Shown: one piece after another, positions 1-7,497 of the stretch
Numbering within the stretch: position 1 is the first letter of the stretch
How the letters are laid out: every line of letters begins with the position of its first letter
DNA from: Magnetococcales bacterium
GTDB taxonomy: Bacteria; Pseudomonadota; Magnetococcia; Magnetococcales; JADFYX01
DNA: 64,000 nucleotides
Reading direction: 5' to 3'
Assembly: GCA_015231305.1 (NCBI GenBank)
Contig: JADGBW010000004.1
Span: forward strand, 1,314 to 65,313
Notes under the pieces: generated by a model
Database searches by the model: none
What the model was told of the DNA's origin: nothing
The model's input: only the letters and a program-made list of their open reading frames with translations
Made by a program: the position numbers and the translations under genes

Positions 1-508
1 TTATCGAGCAACCTGGGGTTTTTGGGTGTTTTTTAAAATGCTCTATTAGGCTTGTTAGATAGTTTTTTTCAACGGTGCAATCGGCATCTAGGCATATTAT
101 GGGGCCATTTTTATAACCGGATTTTTTATAATAATGAGCTGCTTCATCCATTCCTATTTTTCTTGCTAACCCTACACCTGCGTGTTTTGGGGGTAGGTTA
201 TCTTCATTGTGAATTATTATCTCTAAATTATTGGTTTTTTGCTGTTGGGCTATCCAATTTTGGGTAGCTTTTAGGGTTGCTTGGTTCTGTTCTACTATAT
301 CTTGTGCTGCGTCTTGGGCTGCGTTTATTACCACACGTACCTGTACTGGGTTTTTGGGCTGCTGACACTCTGCTAGAGAGTTTAAAGTGGTAATAAGGTC
401 TGGTTCGTTATGGCAGGGAATTACGATTATTAGGGCTGGGGCTTTAGTTTGTTTTTGGGTCTTTTGATCTGTTTTTTTAATTGATGGCAATGGAATGATC
501 CAACCCAT
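1..508 (-). CDS. glycosyltransferase family 2 protein, N-terminal part (gene runs off the left window edge)
   Basis: I translated the minus strand from the ATG at 508 (an alternative in-frame ATG is at 529). It reads MGWIIPLPSIKKTDQKTQKQTKAPALIIVIPCHNEPDLITTLNSLAECQ...VRVVINAAQD...GVGLARKIGMDEA...IICLDADCTVEKNYL. IPxxNE and xDAD are GT-A/GT2 signatures. It is absent from the ORF track because the window edge truncates it. Confidence 0.7.
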   Translation of the reverse strand, partial: MGWIIPLPSIKKTDQKTQKQTKAPALIIVIPCHNEPDLITTLNSLAECQQPKNPVQVRVVINAAQDAAQDIVEQNQATLKATQNWIAQQQKTNNLEIIIHNEDNLPPKHAGVGLARKIGMDEAAHYYKKSGYKNGPIICLDADCTVEKNYLTSLIEHFKKHPKTPGCSI

Positions 509-522
509 GATAGGTAACTTGC

Positions 523-573
523 GTTCCATAGATGGAAAAGTCCGGTGAGGCTGGGTTTTTCCATCTATGGAAC
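523..573. repeat. 17-bp perfect inverted repeat (hairpin) with a 17-nt loop
   Basis: gttccatagatggaaaa (523-539) is the exact reverse complement of ttttccatctatggaac (557-573). It lies between the serA stop (685) and the start of the truncated GT2 gene. Its function is unknown; it could be a terminator, a REP-like element or an operator. Confidence 0.8.
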
Positions 574-615
574 TGATATATTAGCTGGGGCCTTTTTAAA
601 CTCGGCTTTTTTTAT

Positions 616-643
616 AAGCAAAACCTTGGGCTTTGCCCAAACC
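616..643. repeat. REP-like repeat, family B, copy 1
   Basis: aagcaaaaccttgggctttgcccaaacc is the exact 28-nt reverse complement of 24362-24389. It contains the hairpin ttgggc-ttt-gcccaa. It lies just 3' of serA. Confidence 0.8.
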
Positions 644-684
644 CAGCAGGGAAATGATTCCCCTGCACCCCCATTAATTATTTT

Positions 685-2271
685 TTAATACTCGACCAGC
701 TTGGCTTCTAAAACACCTTCTAAGCTTGCAAGTTCTGTCATTACATTATCAGGTACGTTTTGGTCTACATTTACAAAGGCAATAGCCCTGCCGCCCATCT
801 GGGTTCTGCCAAGATGAAAGTTTGCTATGTTAATGTTAGAATTACCTAAAATCATGCCTATTTTACCAATTAAACCCGGTGAATCTTGGTTAGCAACAAA
901 AATTAAGTTGCCTTCTGGGTTTGCCTCAATAGGTATTTCATTCATAGCTACAATACGTGGTAGATCGTCGTTTACCACTGCGCCTGAGATACAGCGTTCT
1001 CTTTTTTCTGTGGTAATAGTCACAGTAATTAAAGAGGTAAAACCCTTTCTTGTGCGTGTTCTTGTAGACTCCACCACCTCAATGCCTCGCTCGTCTGCTA
1101 TTAGCGGGGCGTTTACCAGATTAACTCCATCTTTTAACATAGGAGTAAGCAAGCTGTTTAAAATTGTGTTGGTTATAGGTTTTCTGTTTAAATCTGCAAC
1201 GTCACCTTCATATAAAACCTCTACCCGCTTAACACCAGCTTCTGTTAGCTGGCCTAAGGTTGTGCCTAGCTTATCTGCTAAATTTAAAAACGGGCGCAAA
1301 GTTGGTAGCTCTGTTTCTGATACCGCAGGAATATTCAACGCATTTTGCACAGTGCCGTTTAATAGATAGTCGGAAATCTGCTCGGCTATCTGAACCGCAA
1401 CATTAACCTGAGCTTCAGATGTCGAAGCACCTAAATGCGGTGTGAAAACCACATTGTCAAACTCAAACAGTGGATTTTCTTTGGCAGGCTCTTTTTCAAA
1501 AACATCAAGCCCAGCAGCATAGACCTTGCCAGATTTTAAAGCATCATAAAGGGCTGCCTCATCTAAAATACCACCACGGGCGCAGTTAACAATAACAACA
1601 CCATCTTTCATTTTAGAAAAAGCGTCGGCGTTTACTATATGTTTTGTTTTAGGGGTTAATGGAGTGTGCATGGTGAGAAAATCAATGTTTGGCCAAAAGT
1701 CATCCAAAGTTTCTGCTAACTCAATGCCCATATCATCTGCTTTTTGCTTAGAGATAAATGGATCATAAGCCAAAACGTTCATTTTAAGACCTTGAAAACG
1801 CTCTACCACCAAACCACCAATGTTACCAGTGCCGATTATACCCAGGGTCTTGTTAAACAGCTCCTTACCCATAAAACGGCTTTTTTCCCATTTTCCCTGC
1901 CTCGTAGATGCAGTGGCTTCGGGGATGTGTCTTGCAGCAGACAACATTAAGGCGACAGTCTGCTCGGCTGTTGTGGCTGTGTTGCCAAAGGGGGCGTTCA
2001 TAACTATAACCCCATGCTTGGATGCGGTGGGGATATCAACATTATCAACCCCAATACCAGCCCGGCCTATGACCTTTAAGTTGGTGGCAACTGATATTAA
2101 ATCTGGTGTTAGTTTAGTTGCCGAGCGGATAGCGATACCGTCATAATCTGGCAAAATCGCTTTTAACTCGTCAACTGAAAGACCAGGACGAAAATCAACA
2201 TCAAGACCTCTTTCACGGAAGATCTCTTCAGCACGGGGGGACATTTTATCTGATATAAGCACTTTTGGCAT
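685..2271 (-). CDS. serA: D-3-phosphoglycerate dehydrogenase, long type with C-terminal ASB + ACT domains
   Basis: 528 aa. It has the D-2-hydroxyacid dehydrogenase core with the NAD-binding motif GIIGTGNIGG, then NCARGG and FTPHLGAST. A C-terminal extension of about 200 aa ends in an ACT-like fold. Confidence 0.95.
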   Translation of the reverse strand: MPKVLISDKMSPRAEEIFRERGLDVDFRPGLSVDELKAILPDYDGIAIRSATKLTPDLISVATNLKVIGRAGIGVDNVDIPTASKHGVIVMNAPFGNTATTAEQTVALMLSAARHIPEATASTRQGKWEKSRFMGKELFNKTLGIIGTGNIGGLVVERFQGLKMNVLAYDPFISKQKADDMGIELAETLDDFWPNIDFLTMHTPLTPKTKHIVNADAFSKMKDGVVIVNCARGGILDEAALYDALKSGKVYAAGLDVFEKEPAKENPLFEFDNVVFTPHLGASTSEAQVNVAVQIAEQISDYLLNGTVQNALNIPAVSETELPTLRPFLNLADKLGTTLGQLTEAGVKRVEVLYEGDVADLNRKPITNTILNSLLTPMLKDGVNLVNAPLIADERGIEVVESTRTRTRKGFTSLITVTITTEKRERCISGAVVNDDLPRIVAMNEIPIEANPEGNLIFVANQDSPGLIGKIGMILGNSNINIANFHLGRTQMGGRAIAFVNVDQNVPDNVMTELASLEGVLEAKLVEY

Positions 2272-2438
2272 ACTAAGTTCCTTTAATACAAGGTAACAAT
2301 TTTATATAATGCTAGATTAGTCAGTTAACCAGTGTGTGGCAACAACTACCTAATCAAGAATAATTAACCTGAAAATTTTACACACTTAATCTAGGCAAAG
2401 AAAGAGAACTATCATAAGGAGGGAGTTGTTGACAAGTT

Positions 2439-3251
2439 ATGGTCGCAACTAATTGGGCAGAAACAGGTCAAGGTAGCGATAAAAAAATTCTCATAGTCGC
2501 TGGTTCCGACCCCACCGCAGGGGCTGGAATGCAAGCTGATTTAAAAACTGTCACGGCTTTAGGAGGCTATGCCATGACGGTGATTACTGCTGTAACGGTG
2601 CAAGATACCAATAAGGTATATGAGGTAAAACCAGTATCGGCAGATTTAGTAGCCCAACAAATGGCGGTATGTCTAGAAGATATTGGGGCTGATGCTATTA
2701 AACTAGGTATGTTAGCTACTTCACAAATTGTTGAAGCAGTTGCAGGGCAGCTAGCAGCCCACCCTGACATACCAGTAATAGCCGACCCAGTGTTAGCAGG
2801 AACAGGTGGTGGTGAGCTGCTTGATGGTATGGGGCGAGCTAAGTTTATGGAACTACTACTACCCCATATAGACTTAATTACACCCAACACACCAGAAGCC
2901 CAAACCCTTACAGGTTTAACCATACAAAACCAGCAAGAACAAGAGCAAGCTGCAAGAAAGCTAGCCCAATATGGTTGTGGCGTACTAATAACTGGGGGGC
3001 ATCTACCAGGGGATAAAATTGTCGATCTACTGCTAGATAAAACAGGCAAACTTCACCTATTTGTTAACCAACGTATTGATGGGGCAACTTTTCATGGCAC
3101 AGGATGCACCCTAGCTTCAGCAATTGCGGTAGATATGGCCCGTGGAATACCCATCCATGAAGGGGTAAAATCCGCTTTGGCTTATCTTAAAAAAGCCATG
3201 ATTGGCAGCCTCGCATTGGGTAGTGGACAGCGATTATTGCATACATCATAA
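2439..3251 (+). CDS. thiD: hydroxymethylpyrimidine / phosphomethylpyrimidine kinase
   Basis: 270 aa. It carries IVAGSDPTAGAGMQADLKT and the C-terminal GTGCTLASAIA anion-hole motif of the ribokinase-fold HMP-P kinases. Confidence 0.9.
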   Translation: MVATNWAETGQGSDKKILIVAGSDPTAGAGMQADLKTVTALGGYAMTVITAVTVQDTNKVYEVKPVSADLVAQQMAVCLEDIGADAIKLGMLATSQIVEAVAGQLAAHPDIPVIADPVLAGTGGGELLDGMGRAKFMELLLPHIDLITPNTPEAQTLTGLTIQNQQEQEQAARKLAQYGCGVLITGGHLPGDKIVDLLLDKTGKLHLFVNQRIDGATFHGTGCTLASAIAVDMARGIPIHEGVKSALAYLKKAMIGSLALGSGQRLLHTS

Positions 3252-3333
3252 AAATATCTGCAAAAAGCAGACACTTTTAATATTAATGCTAGGTTTAAAA
3301 CAGGATATTTAGTTAGTGGGGGATTAAGTCAAA

Positions 3334-5067
3334 ATGACAGAGCCACAAAATGACTCTTTATCACCGACCGATGGGACTAAAGGGGGTGTAAGCCATGATA
3401 ATTTTGGCGAGGTATGGAGCTATATTCTTGCTAAAATAGAATCAGGCAAATGGGACTTTGCCGACTGGCCCCTTGAGAACCTACAAGAAATACCCTTAGA
3501 AGCAGATGCTGATGGAGTGGCAGTAAAAGATTTAAACCAATGGGTAAACCGCCATTTAAAAAAAGAAACCCAGCAGAAGATGTTTAAAACTATCGACCCA
3601 GATTGGAGTGCTGACTTGTCCAAACCAACCCCTAGCCCCACAACGGAAGCGACGCAAGTTAGCTCCTCAACGGATGGGTCAAAAGCTTCTAGCCCCTCTA
3701 CAGAAGAACCTAAAGCAAGCCAATCGAACGATGAACCCCAAGCCACCCCCTCATCTGATGAGCATCAAGCTAACAGTCTTGTAGAGTCAGAACATTTAGA
3801 GCCTAACTCAAACTTTGCAAAGAATGATAAAATTGCAGATCAAATTTTAAGCTCTCCCACAGAAATAGTTCCCCAGGAAAAAACTGCAAACTTATCGACA
3901 GACGATCCATCATCAGAACAAATTTCAAGGCCACCTGCACAGTTAGCCTCTTCAGAGCCAGCTGCAAATCAATTGGTTGATGAACCTCCATCACAAATAG
4001 TTGCAAGATCACCTTCAGAAGTAGTTTCCAATGATCCAGCTGCAAATCAATTGGTTGATGAATCTGCATCGCAAATAGTTGCAAGATCACCTTCAGAAGT
4101 AGTTTCTAATGAACCAGCAGCAAGCTTATCTAATGACGAAGCAGAGCAAGAACCAGCAGCAATTCTGCTAACAGATAAAACAGAGCCTGATTTAGCTGCA
4201 ACTCTCTCAAAAAAACCACCCGCCAGTTCAACCCCAGATAATTCAACCCAAGGATTGGTATTAAGATCGCCAACAGAAGTAGTTTCTAATGAACCAGCAG
4301 CAAGCTTATCTAATGACGAAGCAGAGCAAGAACCAGCAGCAATTCTGCTAACAGATAAAACAGAGCCTGATTTAGCTGCAATTCTCTCAACAAAAAATAT
4401 AAAGCCAGATCCAGCAGTAAGCCTTGCCACGGAGTCAGCAAAGCCTGATTTAGAGGTAAGCCCCTCGCCAGATAAAACAGAGCCAGAATTATCTTCTAAC
4501 AATACAGCAGTTGAAACAGTTCGAGAGTCTACTGCAAATACTACTACAGATAAGATTCAACAAAATTCAGCTTCAAACCCTGCAACTGAAGAAGTTAAAG
4601 CAAAACCTGATAATCCTTCGACGTATAAAGAGTTCGTAGCATCAAAACCAAAGCAAAAGATGGCATATGAACATAAAAAAGCAAAAACAATTCTTAAAGA
4701 TGATTTTGAAGCAAAAAAAGCAGAATTTGAGGCCAAAAAAGCAGCAACAGAGATAATTCTCTCTGAGAAAACCCGTAACAGATTGCTGCAATACCGTGAT
4801 AATATGTTTGGTGTAGGTAATGGTTCTATGGAGTTAGCCATCCGCAAGCTACTAGACGGGGTAGAGCGAACCTTGTCTCTAGAAACATTTCAAAAACTAA
4901 CTGTTTTCCAAAGCAAAAACAGCCTAAGCAACTCAGATGAAGCTCTAAACAAGTTATTAGAACTAACAAGCCCCACCAAGACTAAAGATACACTATCTGC
5001 CGCTGACAGCATCATGCTAAAAGAAGAGCTTGAAAAGTTGCTTATTGAGTTGAAGTCAGGAAACTAA
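3334..5067 (+). CDS. hypothetical acidic Ser/Pro/Glu-rich repeat protein (probably largely disordered)
   Basis: 577-aa ORF with no recognisable catalytic motif. The central ~350 aa are low-complexity sequence with nested tandem repeats. The N-terminal (~90 aa) and C-terminal (~140 aa, Lys-rich helical) ends are non-repetitive. Confidence 0.6.
   Translation: MTEPQNDSLSPTDGTKGGVSHDNFGEVWSYILAKIESGKWDFADWPLENLQEIPLEADADGVAVKDLNQWVNRHLKKETQQKMFKTIDPDWSADLSKPTPSPTTEATQVSSSTDGSKASSPSTEEPKASQSNDEPQATPSSDEHQANSLVESEHLEPNSNFAKNDKIADQILSSPTEIVPQEKTANLSTDDPSSEQISRPPAQLASSEPAANQLVDEPPSQIVARSPSEVVSNDPAANQLVDESASQIVARSPSEVVSNEPAASLSNDEAEQEPAAILLTDKTEPDLAATLSKKPPASSTPDNSTQGLVLRSPTEVVSNEPAASLSNDEAEQEPAAILLTDKTEPDLAAILSTKNIKPDPAVSLATESAKPDLEVSPSPDKTEPELSSNNTAVETVRESTANTTTDKIQQNSASNPATEEVKAKPDNPSTYKEFVASKPKQKMAYEHKKAKTILKDDFEAKKAEFEAKKAATEIILSEKTRNRLLQYRDNMFGVGNGSMELAIRKLLDGVERTLSLETFQKLTVFQSKNSLSNSDEALNKLLELTSPTKTKDTLSAADSIMLKEELEKLLIELKSGN
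3958..4113 (+). repeat. in-frame tandem repeat, 78-bp unit x2
   Basis: The unit ccagctgcaaatcaattggttgatgaa.ct.catc.caaatagttgcaagatcaccttcagaagtagtttc.aatga occurs at 3958-4035 and 4036-4113 with a few mismatches. It encodes PAANQLVDExxSQIVARSPSEVVSN(D/E). Confidence 0.9.
4094..4390 (+). repeat. in-frame direct repeat, 180-bp period x2
   Basis: 4094-4200 is identical to 4274-4380. Identity continues to 4210/4390 with one mismatch. It encodes (S/T)EVVSNEPAASLSNDEAEQEPAAILLTDKTEPDLAA(T/I)LS. Confidence 0.9.
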
Positions 5068-5104
5068 CCAAACCCATTACCCAATTAAAAACGGGTTGGT
5101 TTTT
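5066..5104 (+). terminator. possible intrinsic terminator of the 3334-5067 gene, embedded in the 3' end of the convergent MBL gene
   Basis: aaccaaaccc (5066-5075) pairs imperfectly (one bulge) with cgggttggtt (5092-5101). A T-run follows. Confidence 0.35.
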
Positions 5105-5706
5105 CTCTCTTGGCCTAAGTTGGTGGAGGGGCCGTGGCCGGGGTGACATTGTAGGTTGTCTCCTTGGGGCACGAGTATATTCATTATGGAGTCTAGCAGT
5201 TGCTCCATATTTCCACCGGGTAGGTCAGTACGACCAATTGAACCAGCAAATATGGTGTCACCAACGGCGATTTGATCGTTCCACTTAAGGCAAACCCCGC
5301 CTTTGGTGTGTCCTGGAGTATGTATTACTTCAAGAGTTATACCTGCTACCTCTATTTTTTCGCCATCTTCAATATAATTATCAATTTCAGGTACAGGGCC
5401 AAATGGTAGGTTCCATGATGCAGCGTGATTTGCAGCGTCTTGTACAAGGGGATAGTCACCTTTATGGATCCAAAACTGACACCCTGTTGCCTTTTTTAAA
5501 GCTTCAACACCGCCAATATGATCAAAGTGACCATGGGTATTGATAATATGGGTTAACTTTAACCCTAGCTTTTTTAACCGCCGTAGCAATTTGTCACTAT
5601 CACCACCTGGATCAATTAATATTGCTTCACCGCTATTTTTATCACCAAGCAACTGGCAGTTTACCTCTAATGGGCCTGTTGGGATTATTTCATGAATTAC
5701 CGACAT
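5077..5706 (-). CDS. MBL-fold metallo-hydrolase (glyoxalase II-like)
   Basis: 209 aa. It has the HxHxDH motif (THGHFDHIGG), then HTPGHT and the distal H/D ligands. Confidence 0.9.
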   Translation of the reverse strand: MSVIHEIIPTGPLEVNCQLLGDKNSGEAILIDPGGDSDKLLRRLKKLGLKLTHIINTHGHFDHIGGVEALKKATGCQFWIHKGDYPLVQDAANHAASWNLPFGPVPEIDNYIEDGEKIEVAGITLEVIHTPGHTKGGVCLKWNDQIAVGDTIFAGSIGRTDLPGGNMEQLLDSIMNILVPQGDNLQCHPGHGPSTNLGQERKTNPFLIG

Positions 5707-5727
5707 AAAAGAGCATTCCTTTTGAGT

Positions 5728-6006
5728 TTAAAAATATTGAGCATCTTTGGGATCGGGGCCCTCGCTATGCACCACCTGATAGCCTTTATCCGAAAGTTGT
5801 TCTACCAGAGTCTGCATAGAGTCTTGAGCATCGAAAAAAGAGTCATAAGGCATATAGCGAACCGTTCCAGGAGAGCCACTGCGCCCCCATTCACGGATCA
5901 CTTGCCAGCGTCCCATGAGATCCCGTTGAATTTGGATACTATAGTACCAAACATCACCAGAAACTGGGTTTAGTCGTTGCAGATATGCCTTCATGCCGTA
6001 TAACAA
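5728..6006 (-). CDS. WGR domain-containing protein
   Basis: 92 aa. [29 protein letters not shown] matches the W-G-R core of stand-alone WGR proteins. It lies 21 nt upstream of the MBL hydrolase gene, so they are probably co-transcribed. Confidence 0.75.
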   Translation of the reverse strand: MLYGMKAYLQRLNPVSGDVWYYSIQIQRDLMGRWQVIREWGRSGSPGTVRYMPYDSFFDAQDSMQTLVEQLSDKGYQVVHSEGPDPKDAQYF

Positions 6007-6130
6007 TTAACCTTGCTATGTTGTTAAACTGTATCATTATACGCTATTGTTACCATGGTATTGCAAGCAATATTAAGATATTATCGTATATTAGTTGATT
6101 GGTTTAACCAAAATTTCGGAGTTAGTGGCT

Positions 6131-6532
6131 ATGTGGGTGATTCCCCGTGTCATAATAAATAAAATTTTAGGACATGCCCAACGTAGTGCTCCTGCTGAGT
6201 GCGTGGGTATATTATCTGGTATTGGTCAGGATATCAGTGGCTGGCATCCACTAAAAAATAGCCTCACTGATACAGACCGTTTTTTAGCTGATCCCCAACA
6301 GCAGTTAGAACTTTTTAAAAATCTGCGTAAAGAACAAAAAGAGGTTGTGGCAATATATCACAGCCACCCCACAAGTCCTCCTGTGCCTTCTAAGTTAGAC
6401 ATAGAACTATCAGAATACCCCAAAGCTCTCTATCTTGTTGTCTCTCTAAACATAGAAGGCTGCATTGAGGTTGTTGGCTATCTTATTAAAAATGGTCAAG
6501 TCACAGAGGAGAGCTTGACGATAAAGGACTAG
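6131..6532 (+). CDS. Mov34/MPN/JAB (JAMM) family metalloprotease
   Basis: It has the JAMM motif: E (AECVGILSG) plus HSHPTSPPVPSKLD (HxHx7Sx2D). I prefer the ATG at 6131, which has GGAG 9 nt upstream, over the TTG at 6095 used in the ORF track. Confidence 0.8.
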   Translation: MWVIPRVIINKILGHAQRSAPAECVGILSGIGQDISGWHPLKNSLTDTDRFLADPQQQLELFKNLRKEQKEVVAIYHSHPTSPPVPSKLDIELSEYPKALYLVVSLNIEGCIEVVGYLIKNGQVTEESLTIKD

Positions 6533-6562
6533 GGTTTGTTTTTTTTTAAGGATTATTAAATC

Positions 6563-7435
6563 ATGGATATTACTGTTTCAGATATGGTCACGTTCTTAGG
6601 AGATGTTCCAGGATTTAAAGACCTGCCGATGACTGATGTTGAAGAGAAGATCATTCCTATTATAGGAATTACTCAGTTTAGTGCAGGGCAGAATATTATT
6701 AATAGTGGTGACTCTCCCCATACTCTATTTATAATTTTTAAAGGTCGGGTTCACGGCAAAACAAAAACCCCTGACAAACAAGAACACCATTTTTTTATCC
6801 ATGAAGGTAATGTTTTTGGTGAGTCGGCCTTGGTATCTAACAATCGTAGAAGCAGCCAAGTAACAGCATCTTCACCTACAACTTGCCTAACCCTAGATAT
6901 TGATACTTTTCAACACATTATGATGCGGGATTGGCGGTTTACCAAAGCATTTTTTATTTTAATAGGGCAGAGGGCTATCGAAAGGCTGGTTAAGGTAGAA
7001 ATTGAGACTTATTATTGGTCAGACAAATATAGAATTGGTGTAAATGAGGTAGATGACCAGCACAAAAGAATACTTGAATCAATTAATGAGCTGGGTAAAT
7101 TTCTCAACTCAGCAAAAAGTGGTGAAAATATAAAATGGCGCATTCAAACGTTTATTGTTGAGATATTAAACTACACAGAAAAACATTTTCGCGATGAAGA
7201 GCAGTTAATGGAAGAGGCTAAAGCACCTTGGCTTGAGGAACATAAGCAGGTTCATAAAGGGCTGGCAAACGATGTTTTAAACTTTCGTGAGAGAATATCA
7301 GAGCTGTCCGATGAAGATGAGCAACTACATATATTAGAACAAATGCATAAATTTATGGTGGAATGGTTAATTCATCATATTATGGTAGAAGATGCAAAAT
7401 TTGGTCAATATTATATGAAACTAGCAGTTCAATAG
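6563..7435 (+). CDS. cyclic-nucleotide-binding domain / bacteriohemerythrin fusion protein
   Basis: The N-terminal half carries the cNMP-binding phosphate cassette (FGESALV...NRRSSQVTA). The C-terminal half carries hemerythrin His/Glu ligand motifs (WSDKYRIGVNEVDDQHKRILE, HFRDEEQLME, WLIHHIMVEDAKF). Confidence 0.85.
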   Translation: MDITVSDMVTFLGDVPGFKDLPMTDVEEKIIPIIGITQFSAGQNIINSGDSPHTLFIIFKGRVHGKTKTPDKQEHHFFIHEGNVFGESALVSNNRRSSQVTASSPTTCLTLDIDTFQHIMMRDWRFTKAFFILIGQRAIERLVKVEIETYYWSDKYRIGVNEVDDQHKRILESINELGKFLNSAKSGENIKWRIQTFIVEILNYTEKHFRDEEQLMEEAKAPWLEEHKQVHKGLANDVLNFRERISELSDEDEQLHILEQMHKFMVEWLIHHIMVEDAKFGQYYMKLAVQ

Positions 7436-7456
7436 TCTGCATATTTTAACCTTGTT

Positions 7457-7490
7457 GCGGCAGTTGAAAATATTAGCTCCCAACTGCCGC
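7457..7490. terminator. bidirectional hairpin between convergent genes
   Basis: gcggcagttg (7457-7466) and caactgccgc (7481-7490) form a perfect 10-bp stem with a 14-nt loop. It sits in the 62-nt gap between the stops at 7435 (+) and 7498 (-). There is no strong U-run. Confidence 0.5.
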
Positions 7491-7497
7491 TTATATA

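Noticed and set aside
52-267. 71-aa + strand ORF at the left edge.
   Set aside because: It is antisense to the truncated GT2 gene, whose translation (IPCHNE ... LDADC) is clearly the real coding frame.
827-2146. ORFs on the + strand inside serA (827-1369, 1744-1950, 1820-2146). Similar antisense ORFs lie inside thiD (2567-3049), the repeat protein (3420-4847), the large membrane protein (7892-11153), the histidine kinase (11505-13856), ftsY, pckA, pgi, nlpD and others.
   Set aside because: They lie entirely antisense to long ORFs that carry unmistakable family motifs. Their translations are low-complexity or Ser/Leu/Cys-rich with no motif, and they lack ribosome-binding sites. They are typical shadow ORFs.
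2272-2438. A possible TPP (THI-box) riboswitch upstream of thiD.
   Set aside because: I could not find the conserved CUGAGA / ACCUGAUCUGGAUAAUGCCAGCG-like core in either orientation. The leader is AT-rich and unstructured by eye.
3958-4390. The regularly spaced direct repeats could superficially suggest a CRISPR-like array.
   Set aside because: The repeats are 78 and 180 bp, contiguous and nested, with no unique spacers. They are in-frame inside a long ORF and no cas genes are nearby. They are coding tandem repeats.
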